The position numbers and the translations under genes were made by a program. A DNA stretch of 64,000 nt from the NCBI GenBank assembly GCA_951406725.2, contig OX597836.1, positions 27,900,001 through 27,964,000 on the forward strand, given 5' to 3'. The notes beneath the pieces were generated by a model, which worked only from the letters and a program-made list of their open reading frames with translations, ran no database searches and was not told the origin of the DNA. The DNA comes from Octopus vulgaris. Lineage: Eukaryota. Shown here one piece after another: positions 42,454 to 55,241 of this stretch (its first letter is position 1; the number at the start of each line of letters is the position of its first letter).

Positions 42454-42987
42454 GTGTGTGTATTCAATTACAAACACACATACGCCCACTCACACACACC
42501 CACGTACACTCACACCCACTTCACCAACACACACACACATACACACACACACACTGAGTGAGGTTTCAAAAGTTTGATGTGTGACCACGTGATCAATGAT
42601 GTTCGCGTCAGTCCGTCTTTCTCCGCATCTCAAGTGACGTAATACAAGCGGTGTCTTGCTATATAAGTACAAGCATCTCGTTCGTTTCACAGATAATTTG
42701 CTAGTCACTTGGCGCTAGCAGTATAGATTACTTATAAGCGCCATAGATCGCTGTTACATATAATGTTAAACGCCTGAAGACAAGTCCACCTAGTTATAAG
42801 GAGGTACGACAGGGCTGGTATCAACGATCAACTGAAAGAAGCAGAAATGATGAAGAAATTGAAGGTAGGTTTCGTTGCTTTAGGATGCTGGATTAAATAT
42901 CGTCCGATGCTGAAGCTATTTGTTATTGACCTGGGTAAAAGCAGGGCTGGATTAAGACCAATAGAGGCCGTAAGCATTTGGCAAATA

Positions 42988-43353
42988 CAGCAGAACCTCG
43001 CAGTACGAGTGCACCATTGTACGAGTAATTCGCTGTACGAGCCGAAGATCGTGTGATTTATTTTGTTTTGAAGTACGAACGGGAATCCGCAGAACGAACG
43101 CGTTTCATGCAAGCGACCGCTAATCGGCGCTGAGCTCGCACACGCTCTCCAAACAAGCGCAGTCTCCGCTCGCTCAGTTCATGCGTTTATCTCGGTGTGG
43201 CAGCATCTCTGTTGTGTATTTCCCGGTGTTTTTGTTAAGTTTTGTGCATTTTTGTTTTTTGCTGCTCTTTTATAATAATTCGTTGTGTTAGCCATGGATC
43301 CTAAGAAGGTTGGTAAGCTGACTTACGATAGAATTGAAGAAGTAAGTCATTGC
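42988..43353 (+). mobile_element. Tigger/pogo-like DNA transposon, 5' end with start of transposase
   Basis: TA|CAGCAGAACCTCG terminus and subterminal TACGAG repeats. An ATG at 43294 gives MDPKKV, then frameshifted LTIELKK*VIA, like the Tigger psq-HTH N-terminus. Confidence 0.65.
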
Positions 43354-43560
43354 TCTTTTACTCTTTTACTTGTTTCGGTCATTTTGATTGCGGTCATGCT
43401 GGAGCGCCGCCTTTAGTCGAGCAAATCGACCCCAGGACTTATTCTTTGTAAGCCTAGTACTTATTCCATCGGTCTCTTTTGCCGAACCGCTAAGTTACGG
43501 GGTCGTATACACACCAGCATCGGTTGTCAAGCGATGTTGGGGAGGACAAACACAGACACA

Positions 43561-43613
<53 letters not shown>

Positions 43614-43618
43614 TTATG

Positions 43619-43666
<48 letters not shown>

Positions 43667-43830
43667 TATATACGTTGGGATTCTTTCAGTTTCTGTTAAC
43701 CAAATCCACTCGCAAGCCTTTGGTCTGCCCGTGGCTGTAGTAGAAGACACTTGCCCAAGAAGCCATGCAGTGGGACTGAACCCGGAACCATGTGGTTGGC
43801 AAGCAAGCTACTTACCACACAGCCACTCCA
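43354..43830 (-). mobile_element. SINE family A, full-length copy
   Basis: Reverse complement of the 299-718 element, with (TAAAAGAG)n tail. It truncates the adjacent Tigger-like element. Confidence 0.88.
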
Positions 43831-44199
43831 TTGATAAACATGAGAGAGGAATGAGTGTAGTGGACTGTATTTATTTTCGAAAATGAAACTGAACTGTATG
43901 ATGGGAAATAATGTTTATCTTTGTATACTTTCACTTTATTCATATTTGAACAGTTTCTCTCCTATTCGTTACAACTGGAAAGTTCTTGATCAGATCTTCA
44001 ATATGACACCATGAGCACCACTTCGAATATTATTTTAATAAGTTTAAAGTGATTTCTTTTGTGGCGCAAATCATTTACCATTGCTGTGGCCCCGCTCTTC
44101 CCGTGATGCTCTAATCATGTGCTTATTTGGTTTCTTGGTTAATCCAGCACTGGGTGGCAGGAAGATTGATGAAGATGGATTATCTGACAACCGTCTTTG

Positions 44200-44638
44200 T
44201 AATCCCGAAAAATACCGTAACCACTGGTCCAGCCACCTGGCCGTTAAGAGGGAACAGACAAAGAAACGGTCAGACGGACATAAGGCCCATTATAGTAAGA
44301 TAGCAAATCTGCCCATCTACGATGGGAAATAAAGGGATAATATCACAATTCTAAACACTCTAAATTCATGAACAGAGGGGAAATCCAAAGTTAATCCTTG
44401 TTGCCGGAATTTTAACGAAAAAAAAATCAAAGGTGATTTATTAATACAAAACTCAATATCCACTAAATAATCATACTTATCTACATTGCTTTCACTAAGA
44501 CCTTTCCTTTCATATTTCTTTCACTAAAGCCTTTTCGTTAATCCCGAAAAACATCTTGACCGTTGGTCTAGCCGTTTGACCATGAAGAAGGAACAGGCGG
44601 ACAGACAGACGAACATAATGCGCATTATAGCGAGATAT
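44200..44638 (-). mobile_element. Two Helitron-like 5' ends (44200-44302 and 44540-44638)
   Basis: Two diverged ~100-bp copies; the minus strand begins TATCT(T/C)(A/G)CTATAAT...TGT(C/T)CGTCTG. Confidence 0.45.
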
Positions 44639-45063
44639 AAGAGGACATAAATAAAACAACACCGGTTGAAGACCGATCTTGGTTTGTTTATGTTCTCGTA
44701 AATTAGAGGTTCAGTTAAAGAAGAGACAGATAGAATTAGTGCCAGATTTTAGAAAAGAAAGGTATTGGAGCCGATTTGTTCGACTAAAAACCCCTCAAAG
44801 TAATGCTCCAGCATGGCCACTGTCCAGTGACTGAAATAAGCAAACTATAATCGGTATGAGATATGAGTGTTTTTTTTTTTATCAAAGAAATATGGCGTCA
44901 GTGTGGGCTGCAAAAGATGGTGGCGGGGGATGAGAGTAGAGGGTGGGGGGAAGAAGAGGTAAGAAATACAACCGAGATTAGTAAAACTGCGCAGTTGACT
45001 AGCAATAAACTTCAGGGTGTGTTACAACATGTGCAAATGTGGACTGAGAGAGAGAGAGAGGGG

Positions 45064-45100
<37 letters not shown>

Positions 45101-45246
45101 ACGAGGGAGGACGAGAGAGAGAGAGAGAGATGAGAGTCTGTAAAAGCAATAACATTTAAAGACATAACATTTAAATATATATATATATATATATATATTA
45201 TTATATAATATATATATTATATATGTGTATATATATATATATGTAC

Positions 45247-45293
<47 letters not shown>

Positions 45294-45306
45294 CATAACA
45301 TACTCA

Positions 45307-45411
<105 letters not shown>

Positions 45412-46399
45412 GTATTCATATATATGTGTAGCTACACAGGATGAATTAAGACAGCGTCGTGCGAAACAGTTTGTAACACTGCACTTACCATTCTGTCATG
45501 CTCAGTTTCTACTGCAACTAGAATAAAACTAAAGTCTGGTTGGCCCGGGGGTGTGGGGGACGACAGTGTCACCATACTGATGTGATGTGTGTCAACAATA
45601 CAGGTTATATACATTAAATGTGTCACAGAGAAGAGGGTCAAGGCTCCTAAAATTGTCATCACCTAACACGGAGAAAAATTCTCGAGAGACGAAGAATAAA
45701 GTTTTAAAATCGCTTAAAAAGAGACAAACGGTTGATTTGAAAGAAGAGCCTGCACAAGGGTCCCACTCGAAGGAATTGAAAACAAAATAAGATACTCCCA
45801 TGAAAGGAAAAGGTTTGTGAAACAAGCCAAACTTGTGAAAAACACTGAAAAAAAGGTAAAGAGATGTCCCTAAGACTGAGCCAAGTCCTATGCAAACATG
45901 CAAACTGGGTAATTGTGTGGGGTGAGAAGCATGAATGTGTAGGAGCCTAAACAGGCTAGGTGATCGTCTTTGACGCTAAAATCTATGTTAGGTAAACTAG
46001 GTAAACGTATGTCAGGGGTGGGCGCTAATATCTAGGGACCTTGGCAGTCTAGGTGATCGTTTGGGGTGTGACGAGGGAGGGCGCTAATATCTAGGGGCTT
46101 AGACAAGCTAGGTGATAGTCTAGACAAGCTAATATCTAGGGGGTGGGCGTCACGCAAACTCTGAGCGTCTTAGAATTTCTTAACCCTCCTAAAAAGATGA
46201 AAACTTTATATAGAAAAAAAAATAAAAAGAGAGATTAGGTGAAGTCAATGTCGGAACTGAGAAGGATAGGGGGCAGGGCTGGGCAATTAGAATACACAGG
46301 AAGGTCATGTGAGAATATGACTAGTCACGTGGTTTGGAGAGAACCATTTCAAATGGTACCGAATAACACATTTACTCAGTTAAATGCTTGATAAGAAAA

Positions 46400-46670
46400 G
46401 TAACATCAAGTATTTTATTAAACAAGAGCCGACTTGGCAACATTTCAGTGATAGGTAATTTCAATTCTCCCAATGATGTTGATTGGTTTATTCATACTTT
46501 TAAAACAGGTGTGAGCATTTCAAACCTAGACAAAGCAGTAGTAGAGTCAGTTTTCAACTTCATGGACAATTATTCTTGTTCCAGCTGATGTTCGTGCCAA
46601 CAAGATTCAGCCAAAATACATTGAACTTAGTGTTAAGTAACCACACAAACAAAGTCCATAAAATTTGTAT
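46400..46670 (+). mobile_element. CR1/L2-like APE endonuclease fragment
   Basis: ISVIGNFNSPNDVDW (cf. GDFN.P.IDW) and VPTR..NTLNLVLSN (cf. PTR..LDLVL). Confidence 0.65.
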
Positions 46671-46679
46671 CCACATTTT

Positions 46680-47253
46680 TGCACAAGGCCAGGAAGTTCC
46701 GGGAGAGGTTCAATCAATTATATCGATCTCAGAGCTTGACTGGTATTAATTTATCGACTCTGAAAGGCACGATGGTGGAGAACTCAGAACGTAGCGAAAG
46801 GACGTTAAGCATTTCACCCGACGTGCAAGCGTTTCTTATTTCTTTACTGCCCACAAGGGGCTAAACACAGAGGGGACAAACAAGGACAGACAAACGGATT
46901 AAGTCGATTACATCGACCCTAGCGCGTAACTGGTAATTAATTTATCGACCCCGAAAGGATGAAAGGCAAAGTCAACCTCGGCGGAATTTGAACTCAGAAC
47001 GTAGCGGCAGACGAAATACCTATTTCTTTATTACCCACAAGGGGCTAAACATAGAAGGGACAAACAAGGACAGACAAAAGGATTAAGTCGATTACATCGA
47101 CTCCAGTGCGTAACTGGTACTTAATTTATCGACCTCGAAAGGATGAAAGGCAAAGTCGACCTCGGCGGAATTTGAACTCAGAACGTAACGGCAGACGAAA
47201 TAACCGCTAAGCATTTCGCCCGGCGTGCTAACGTTTCTGCCAGCTCACCGCCT
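46680..47253 (-). mobile_element. Cluster of three SINE family B copies (one old copy and a tandem dimer)
   Basis: Three successive TTATCGAC..GAAAGG...AACTCAGAACGTA blocks. Confidence 0.85.
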
Positions 47254-47439
47254 TACATTGTCCATAATATTGCAGAGTGTATTAACGTTACTTGGGAGTA
47301 AGAAAGAATGTGAAAGACCAAACAACTAATAAAAGATCGTAAGTGATTACATCCCAGTTAGCAGTGTGAAGATACATGGCAGTAAAAGCGTGTACTTGAC
47401 TGAAATCGTTAGGTTCCCGTTTTCACTGCCGGAATATCT

Positions 47440-47740
47440 GGCTACGGAGAACCAATCATGGTCTAACAACATTGTCCAAACGACGGTGTCAACTTTAAAT
47501 TTCACCCAAGGCTTGGTCCCCCGCGCCATCCGTCATCTACAAAATTTGTGTTACATCAAAACACCTATTTCACCTCCACTGGCCCTGCTCTCTTTAACAC
47601 CATGCCAAGACATACAAGGGAAGAAACATATCTCATAGCATTCAAGCGGTTTTATGGGCAACAAATTCTAGATAAACCACCAACACTCGGATATGTCCCT
47701 GCAAAGCATGACTCTTTTTACTCGCATGGCCAATGGTGCG
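47440..47740 (+). mobile_element. CR1-like LINE ORF2 C-terminal fragment
   Basis: NFKFHPRLGPRA...YFTSTGPALFNTMPRH.RE...AFKR..QQILDKPP resembles the CR1 C-terminus. Confidence 0.6.
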
Positions 47741-48037
47741 TAAAGTATGTCTGCAACTTGAAAAACGATTAAATGCCTTCTCCAGTTGGTGCTGTTATGT
47801 TAGTCATGGCCTGGGCCAATTCTAACCGAAACCTAAGTATCTGACTGTATATATATATGTGTGTGTGTGTGTGTTTGTGCGCGTGTCTGTATATATGTAT
47901 GTGTGTGCGCGTGTCTGTATATATGTATGTGTATGTATATATATATATATATATATATATGGGTTCAGTCTTACTGCATGGTACCTTGGGCAAGTGAGTA
48001 GATTTGGTAGGCGGAAACTGAAAGAAGCTTGTGTGTG

Positions 48038-48084
<47 letters not shown>

Positions 48085-50752
48085 ATGTGTGTCGGCGTTT
48101 GTCCCCCACTCCCCACCATCGTTTGACAACCGATGCTGGTGTGTTTGTGTCCCCGTAACTTAGTGGTTCAACAAAAAGAGAACGATAGGATAAGTACTAA
48201 GCTTACAAAGAATAAGACCTGAGGTCGATTTCTTCGACTAAAACCCTTTAAGGCGGTGCTCCAGCATGGCTGCAGTCAAATTAATGCAATTAGTAAAATA
48301 ATCTATATACAGGCGCACACATGTATACACATATATACACATATATACACATGTATACTCGCACTCATATACACATGTATACGCATATATACACATATAT
48401 ACACATGCATATATGCCCTCATATACACATGTATACTCATATATACACATATATACACATGTACACATGCACACATATACACATGTATACACATGTACAC
48501 ACGCACTCATATACACATATATACACAGATATACACATGTATACACACACTTATATACACGTGTGTGCGTATGTGCTGACGATGCGGACAACATGAAGCC
48601 ATGAAATGCAATAAAACGCTGACGATGAAAAGCCTTGCATAGTTGGCTGTTGACTAACGACAAAGCGCTTCATCATTTCAAGCGCCGCCGCTGCGTATTT
48701 GTGTGTCGTCTGACAACTCATGGATAGTTTGTTGGGACGCTTTAGAAGAAGATAACCTCTAAGTCGGCCACTGAAAAGAATATCTTTGATGACGAGTTCG
48801 CTTCGTCATGTCTGACCTGGGCTTATCAAAAAACGAAAGATTACCATTAAAATCAACAACGCTAACAACCTCATCGCAACCACCACCACCAACAACAACA
48901 ACACCACTATTACAACAACAATGAGAACAACAACAGCAACAACTGATTCTATTTCTTCTATTACTACAATATTCACATCAACCAGAACAAGAAGTTTTAA
49001 ACACAAGATTGAAAAGAATCTGGCTGATGCAGCAGTGATCCACAAGTCAGCTCTACCGGATTATCAGAAGAAAAATGGAGGATATATATATATATATACG
49101 GATCTAGAATTATCCAGTAATTTTTTACTAGTTTCATCTTGTCTCTTTGTTGTTTCTCCGTGTTGATATATGGACAATTTAGGTGGTTTTAAAGTCAGAT
49201 CATGACTGCTAATTTCAGCATGGTGGTATCTCGTAGATAATCTAATTTATAATTATATATATACATATATATATATATGTATGTATATATATATATGAGA
49301 ACTCACCAACTCCAACACCACCGGCAACAGCAGCAGCACCACCACTATCACCACCACCTTTCTGTACTAACGTAAGGGAATTACTTTATATATGGTGGTG
49401 GTGGTGGTGGTGGTGGTGCTGCTGCTGCTGCTGTTACCGGTGGTGTTGGAGTCGGTGATTTCTTCTTTGCCGTTCCAGCTAACAGTGAAAGGAGGGGAAA
49501 CGTCACGCATGGCTAAACTTGTCTAACAACCACAGTAAGACCCCCTTCGCCCCTCCCCCCACCTCTCACCGTCCCCTCACCAACCCACCCGCAATATGTT
49601 ACCTCTTACTGTGAGAAGACGAAGAAGAAAAAAAGAAGCAGTAGGAGGAAGAGAGTTTAAGATGATTGGAGAAGATCTTAAGCAGGGAGTAGTGGAGAAA
49701 GCCGTTTGAACAGATCGCCCGATGGCAGCGGTTTACTTTGCGGACTTCACAACTCAATTCAAACAGCACAACTCTTTCTAGCAGCCACTTACGAAAACAT
49801 CGAACTTGTGTTATGAATGAAAAGAAACAAGGTCCATAAAAAAGGGAGAAAAAAAAGAGAAAGAAGCGAGAAGGGGAAGTAACTCGTACTGTTAACATTT
49901 AATACTGAACCACACACACACTCAGACACACACACATAACCACTTCATTATGTGTGTGTGTGTGTGTGTTTGCGTCTGTGTGCGTATATTTGGCGTGGTT
50001 AGGGTTGTGGTTTGGCCTTCGACCTCCTAATCAAGAACTATATCACCCAATGCATGGCTTGAATTCTTTAAAAGGCTGGAGTGTTAATTGAGGGGTATTT
50101 GACTGGTGTTTCTAGCAGGCTTGGTGACCTCATTGAAGTTCCTTTGTTGACTTCATGGTGGTGGTGACGGTGGCGGTGGCGGTGGTGATAGAGATAGTGG
50201 TGGTGGCGGCGGTGGTGGTTATAGGGATGGTGGTGGTGGCGGTGGTGATAGAGATAGTGGTGGTGGTTATAGGTATGGTGGTGATAGGGATGGTGGTGGC
50301 GGCGGCGGTGGGGATAGGGATGGTGGTGGTGGCGGTGATGATAGGGATAGTGGTGGTGGTGGTGGTTCTTTTATTCCTTTGCTTGTTTCACTCGTTAGAC
50401 TGCGACCATGCTGGGACTCTGCCTTGGAAAAGTTTGAGTCGAACAAATATCGACTCCATTTTGTTCATTTTGTTTTTTAAACCTGATACTATTTCTATCG
50501 GCCTCTCTTGACGAACCGCTTTTTTGGAATTAAGAAGACTTATTTTGGTCGTTAACTTTGATATAGATCCTTCGTTACACAGAACATGGAAGGTTCATAT
50601 TTTACAAAGGTTTATTGAATAACAGACGACAGGGTGTGATTTGAGGGAGATTTGTCTGCTTTTGTCTTGCAGATGGACCGATTACGTAGACTTTCCTCCG
50701 CTGTTTGGTGGCACTGGTGGTGCTAGTAGTGAGGGTGGTGAATCGGTATTGG

Positions 50753-50970
50753 TGGCGAGCTGACAGAATCGTTAGCACGTCGGGCGAAATGCTTAGCGTT
50801 ATTTCGGCTGCCGTTACGTTGTGAGTTCAAATTCCGCCGAGGTCGACTTTGCCTTTCACCCTTTCGGAGTCGATAAATTAAAGTACCAGTTACGCACTGG
50901 GATCGATGTAATCGACTTAATACCTATGTCTGTCTTTGTTTGTCCCCTCTGTGGGTAATAAAGAAATAGG
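50753..50970 (+). mobile_element. tRNA-derived SINE family B (GCCTTTCA(T/C)CCTTTCGG..TCGATAAATTAAGTACCAG central domain)
   Basis: Head GGCGAGCTG(G/A)CAGAA.CGTTAG...GAGTTCAAATTCC. Minus-strand copies: 10840-11065, 14373-14585, 31718-31875, 35800-36150, 46680-47253, 56806-57083, 63040-63245, 63270-63470. Plus-strand 5' fragments: 29576-29660, 56716-56805. Confidence 0.88.
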
Positions 50971-50974
50971 TACT

Positions 50975-51512
50975 GGTGACGATGGTGAATGACAGATGTG
51001 GCGATGGCATTGATGGTGACAGAGATGGCGATGGCGTTGACGGTGAGAGAGATGGCGATGGCGTTGACGGTGACAGAGATGGCGGTGGCCTAGATGGTGA
51101 CAGAGGTGGCAATTGTGTTGATTGTCGTATTGCAAGTTTATAGCGAGAGCAACAAAAAATGGTACGACGGATGCAAAAGAATGCATGTTGTTGGTGGTAA
51201 TGCGGCGACGACGACGACGGTTCTGGTGGTGGTGGTGGTGGTGGTGGTGGTGGTGGCGGCGGCGGCGGCGGCGGTGGCGGCGGTGGCGGCGGTGGCGGTG
51301 GCGGGGAGGGGGTGTGATTGTGCTGGTAGTGGTGGTGATGCTGGTGCTGGTGATGTTGGTGGTGCTGGTGGCGCTGGTGGCGCTGGTAGTGCTGGTGGTG
51401 GTGGTGGCGGTGGTGGTGGTGGTGGTGGTGGTGGTGATGGTAGTGGTGGTGGCGGCGGCGGCAGCGTCGGCGGCGGTGGCGGTGGTGGTGGTGGTGGTGG
51501 TAGTGGTGGTGG
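50975..51512. repeat. 30-bp tandem units (about 50990-51110) and a degenerate (GGT/GGC)n array (about 51200-51512)
   Basis: GGTGACAGAGATGGCGATGGCGTTGAC repeated about four times, then G-rich triplets. A similar (GGT)n array lies at 50155-50365. Confidence 0.9.
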
Positions 51513-52787
51513 GACGTATGGTCGAGAACAAGGGCTCTTTCAGTGCCTGTATGTGTTTGTGTGGAAATCACATTTAACACCAGGCGATGATTACTTTGGC
51601 AAAGGGAGGCTGACTTCCAAGGAACACCAGATTCTCTGCGACACCATCAGAATGGCCGGCGTGACGGAGGGGGCGGGCGTTGTATTTGATGTCCTATTCT
51701 ACAAGGCATGTGATATTTTAGGCTGATCTTTCCATTCTCCACCCACACATACGCACATACACACATATACACATACATACATACATACATACATACATAC
51801 ATACATACATACATACATACGCGCAGACGCATACACTCATATACGCACATACACTCATGCACACATGCACACACATATGCGCACATACACGCATACACAC
51901 TTACACATATACACAGACACACACACACATACACATGCTCACATACACACGCATACACATACATACGCACATATACACAGATACACACACACATATACAC
52001 GGATATATACGCCCCCACTCACATACGTACGCATAAACACATACACTCATATACACAGACACACATACATACATCCGCACACATTCACATTCACACACAT
52101 ACACATATATATACACATATACACAGACACACACATATACATATACACACACATATACAGACACACACACATATACATATATACACGGATATATACTCAC
52201 ATACGTACGCATAAACACATACACTCATATACACACATACACACACACACACATACATACTGCACACATTCACATACATACACATACACACATATATATA
52301 CACACATATACACAGACACACACACACATATATATATATATATACACACACACACATACACATACACCCACACATAAACACACATATACAGCAGCAAGAA
52401 ACGGACAGAAGACAGAAAAAATTAGGCGAAAAAATATTACTAAAAAATACCCAATTTTGTCTTTAAACGCGAAATAAACGAACTGCAGCGGTGTTGTTAT
52501 ATGCACTGTGGCGACATGTCTGCTGTACAAGCTGCATGTCATTGCACCAGAATATCGCACCACAGATGCCACCATCTTTTGTTATTAAAAGCGAGATACT
52601 TCAAACAAAAATGACAACTCGTGTTATTTCTAATTCAAAGCAGATTAAATCTATTTCGCTTATTTACTAACTTGTAAAAACAGGAATATGACATCATACA
52701 TGCACACGCCCATCTGACACATATGCACGCACGCACACACACACACACACACATACACATACTCACATACACGCACACACACACTCA

Positions 52788-52826
<39 letters not shown>

Positions 52827-53594
52827 ACATACATGCACGTATGTGTAGTTTTGTCGATGGATTTATATAATGGTATACAAGATATGGATTCAGAGAATCA
52901 CAGAAAGCTCCTCTAACGGACTCAGCTATCTGACTACAGAGTAATCCAAAACAGAGAAGTGCAATGCAGCGTGAAGAAGACTGCGAAACAGCCGTAAGCC
53001 TAAGGATGTCATGTTGTTAAATAAATATATTCATTTCTCATACACTCTGATATTTTGTCGTTTACTCACATACACACATACATTTTACACACACACATAT
53101 ATGTCTATATCTGTGTGTGTGTGCGTGCGCGCGTGTGTGTGGCTAAGTAGTTAGAGCGATTGTAATCATGATCATGAGGTTGTGGTTTCGATTCCAGGAC
53201 CGAACGATACGCTGTGTTGTTGAGCAAAACACTTTATTTCCCGTTGCTCTGCGATCGCTTCGACATTTGGCAACGACGGTCTGATGAAGATAATGAACAC
53301 AAACATATGATGACGATAAATAAATCATCTGTACAGGTTGTTCAACAAGCAATGGCGGAATAATCGTCTGCCAAGTAGAATACGATGAGACAGACAGACA
53401 GAGACAGTGGGGAGAGAGAATTATAGAGCGTAGAAATACTATCAAATGATAAAATGATTATACTAAACACGTCAAAACCATACACTAAAATAATTTATCC
53501 AGCTCATCTTGCTAAATATACTGTCTACAAATGCTTCTCAAACTGGCAGTTTTGTTTTTCCAATTTGCCAGGGACCGGTAATATTTCTTAGTAA

Positions 53595-53923
53595 TCTCTC
53601 TATATATAAACGGCAAAATGTTTGTGTGAGTGTCCTTTATACAAGTCCACAATTTTTCAGTTAGAGGGCTCGCACTTTCTATGGTCATTCAAAACCGTCC
53701 AAGGGTGATCGTGCACATCTTTACATCTCCCCAGTCATCCCGCAAAGCCATTAAACAATCAATAGAAGTGACTTTTTTCTGAATTTTCAATCTAAAACCC
53801 AATCAAAATGCCCGAAACTTGATACGCCAATTGAATGCCAGCTACCTGTATGTGATTGGTTGGATATTTGGACAGTACTCGCGTCTATATACACACGCAC
53901 AGAGCTGTATATGCATGTACTAG
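53595..53923 (+). mobile_element. Non-autonomous Helitron-like element
   Basis: A|TCTCTCTATATATAAA 5' end and CTAG|T 3' end, with a decayed palindrome just upstream. It appears to interrupt a hAT-like element (about 53528-54455). Confidence 0.6.
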
Positions 53924-54128
53924 TATTAATTTATACCGGAAACAATAGGCAATATATATTTGCAATATATATTTGCCACCTAAATGTGGCTGACGCATAT
54001 GGGACGATGCTACTGTATTTTATAGCCCCAGGAAGACATCTCCGCCAGGTGGCTAATGGCACACTGTCCGTGCCCTATCAGTATTTGCAAAAGGAAATCA
54101 TCGTTCCAATCTCCAGCCTGACAAGATA

Positions 54129-54173
54129 CACACAGACCCGGGTTTCTGAGTAGTAACCCGTCATCAGCGCGTG
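54129..54173 (-). ncRNA. Minimal type I hammerhead ribozyme motif
   Basis: Minus strand: CACGCG CUGAUGA C GGGU-UACU-ACUC A GAAA C-CCGG-G UC UGUGUG. It has the full core, a GUC site, a 6-bp stem I with two G-U pairs, a palindromic stem III loop and one C/A mismatch at the base of stem II. Confidence 0.7.
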
Positions 54174-54701
54174 ACAATCACCGGCTAGGGATGAGAAGGG
54201 ATATTTCCAATGCAAATATATATGCTTTTTCCAGTGACAAAAAGTCGCTTATCTCAAAAAAGGAGAAACAAGTTAATATATATAATAAATATAATAAACG
54301 TTGACAATTTTTTTTTATCTTACATTTATTTTGTAAACAAATAATACAATATTACATAAGCATTTTATAAGCATTTTATAAGGCTTTTTTCTTTTCTGGA
54401 AACTCCGCGTACGGGCAGCTGATGGCTCGCGGACCGGTACATTGGGTAGCAATGCTTTATATTACATTAAGCTGATATTTCGACAGTAAAATGCCCTATT
54501 CAAAGTTTAGTGAACTCTCTAGCTGACATTATTCATTTAAATTGGAAAATTATTATCTTTAAATCTCACAACGAGAGATATTCAGCAACAGTACTTTGGA
54601 GTAAAGAGTGCTTGCCAACATAACATGATAGTCCTAGCTGGCTATACGACACAATGATAGTCTCTTTGGAGTAAAGAGTGCTTGCCAACATAACATGATA
54701 G

Positions 54702-54889
54702 TCTCCAGCTGGCTATACGACACAATTTGTGTCCTTATATTTTCGAACAAGGGAATCTAGCACCCCCACTCAGCTCAAAACAATCCAGAAATCGCGATAC
54801 ACAGATATTATTTTGAACTAAGTGTGGGTGCTAGATTCCCTTGTTCGAAAATATAAGGACACAGATCGTGTCGTATAGCCAGCTGGAGA
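54702..54889. repeat. Inverted repeat with ~83-bp arms, preceded by a ~62-bp direct duplication
   Basis: TCTCCAGCTGGCTATACGACAC...GGGAATCTAGCACCC and its reverse complement. The direct repeat is 54594-54655 / 54664-54726. Confidence 0.9.
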
Positions 54890-55207
54890 TGATGCCTCCT
54901 GGGGCTAAATTACAGTAACATTCGTCCTAAACCATGACTGCCATGTGCTCCATTCTTCATTTAATTAATCATTTGCCAGTGCTACTATAGTCTGTCGTAA
55001 TTTACGTCTGATTCAAATATTTGCAAAGAGCCTGTTGCGTGTGTCTTGTGGTACCAATATCTTTTCCGTGTTAGAGGAGGTTATCTGTATTCAGGGAGGT
55101 GTTCCGAACATTTACTTTTCTTATTGTGATGTTCTTTATCTATCTCAAGTATCTTCTTGATCATAGCATACAGCTGTCTCTTACTCGCTTGCTATATGCA
55201 TAGTACA

Positions 55208-55241
<34 letters not shown>

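Noticed and set aside
45900-46290. Possible RTE LINE 5' region (RLGEVNVGT resembling an endonuclease start)
   Set aside because: The match is too short to support a call; only short internal direct repeats (GCTAATATCTAGGG) are certain.
50917-51726. Gly-, Pro- and His-rich ORFs resembling structural proteins
   Set aside because: A (GGT/GGC)n low-complexity array is open in four frames, and the minus-strand ORFs run into a SINE.
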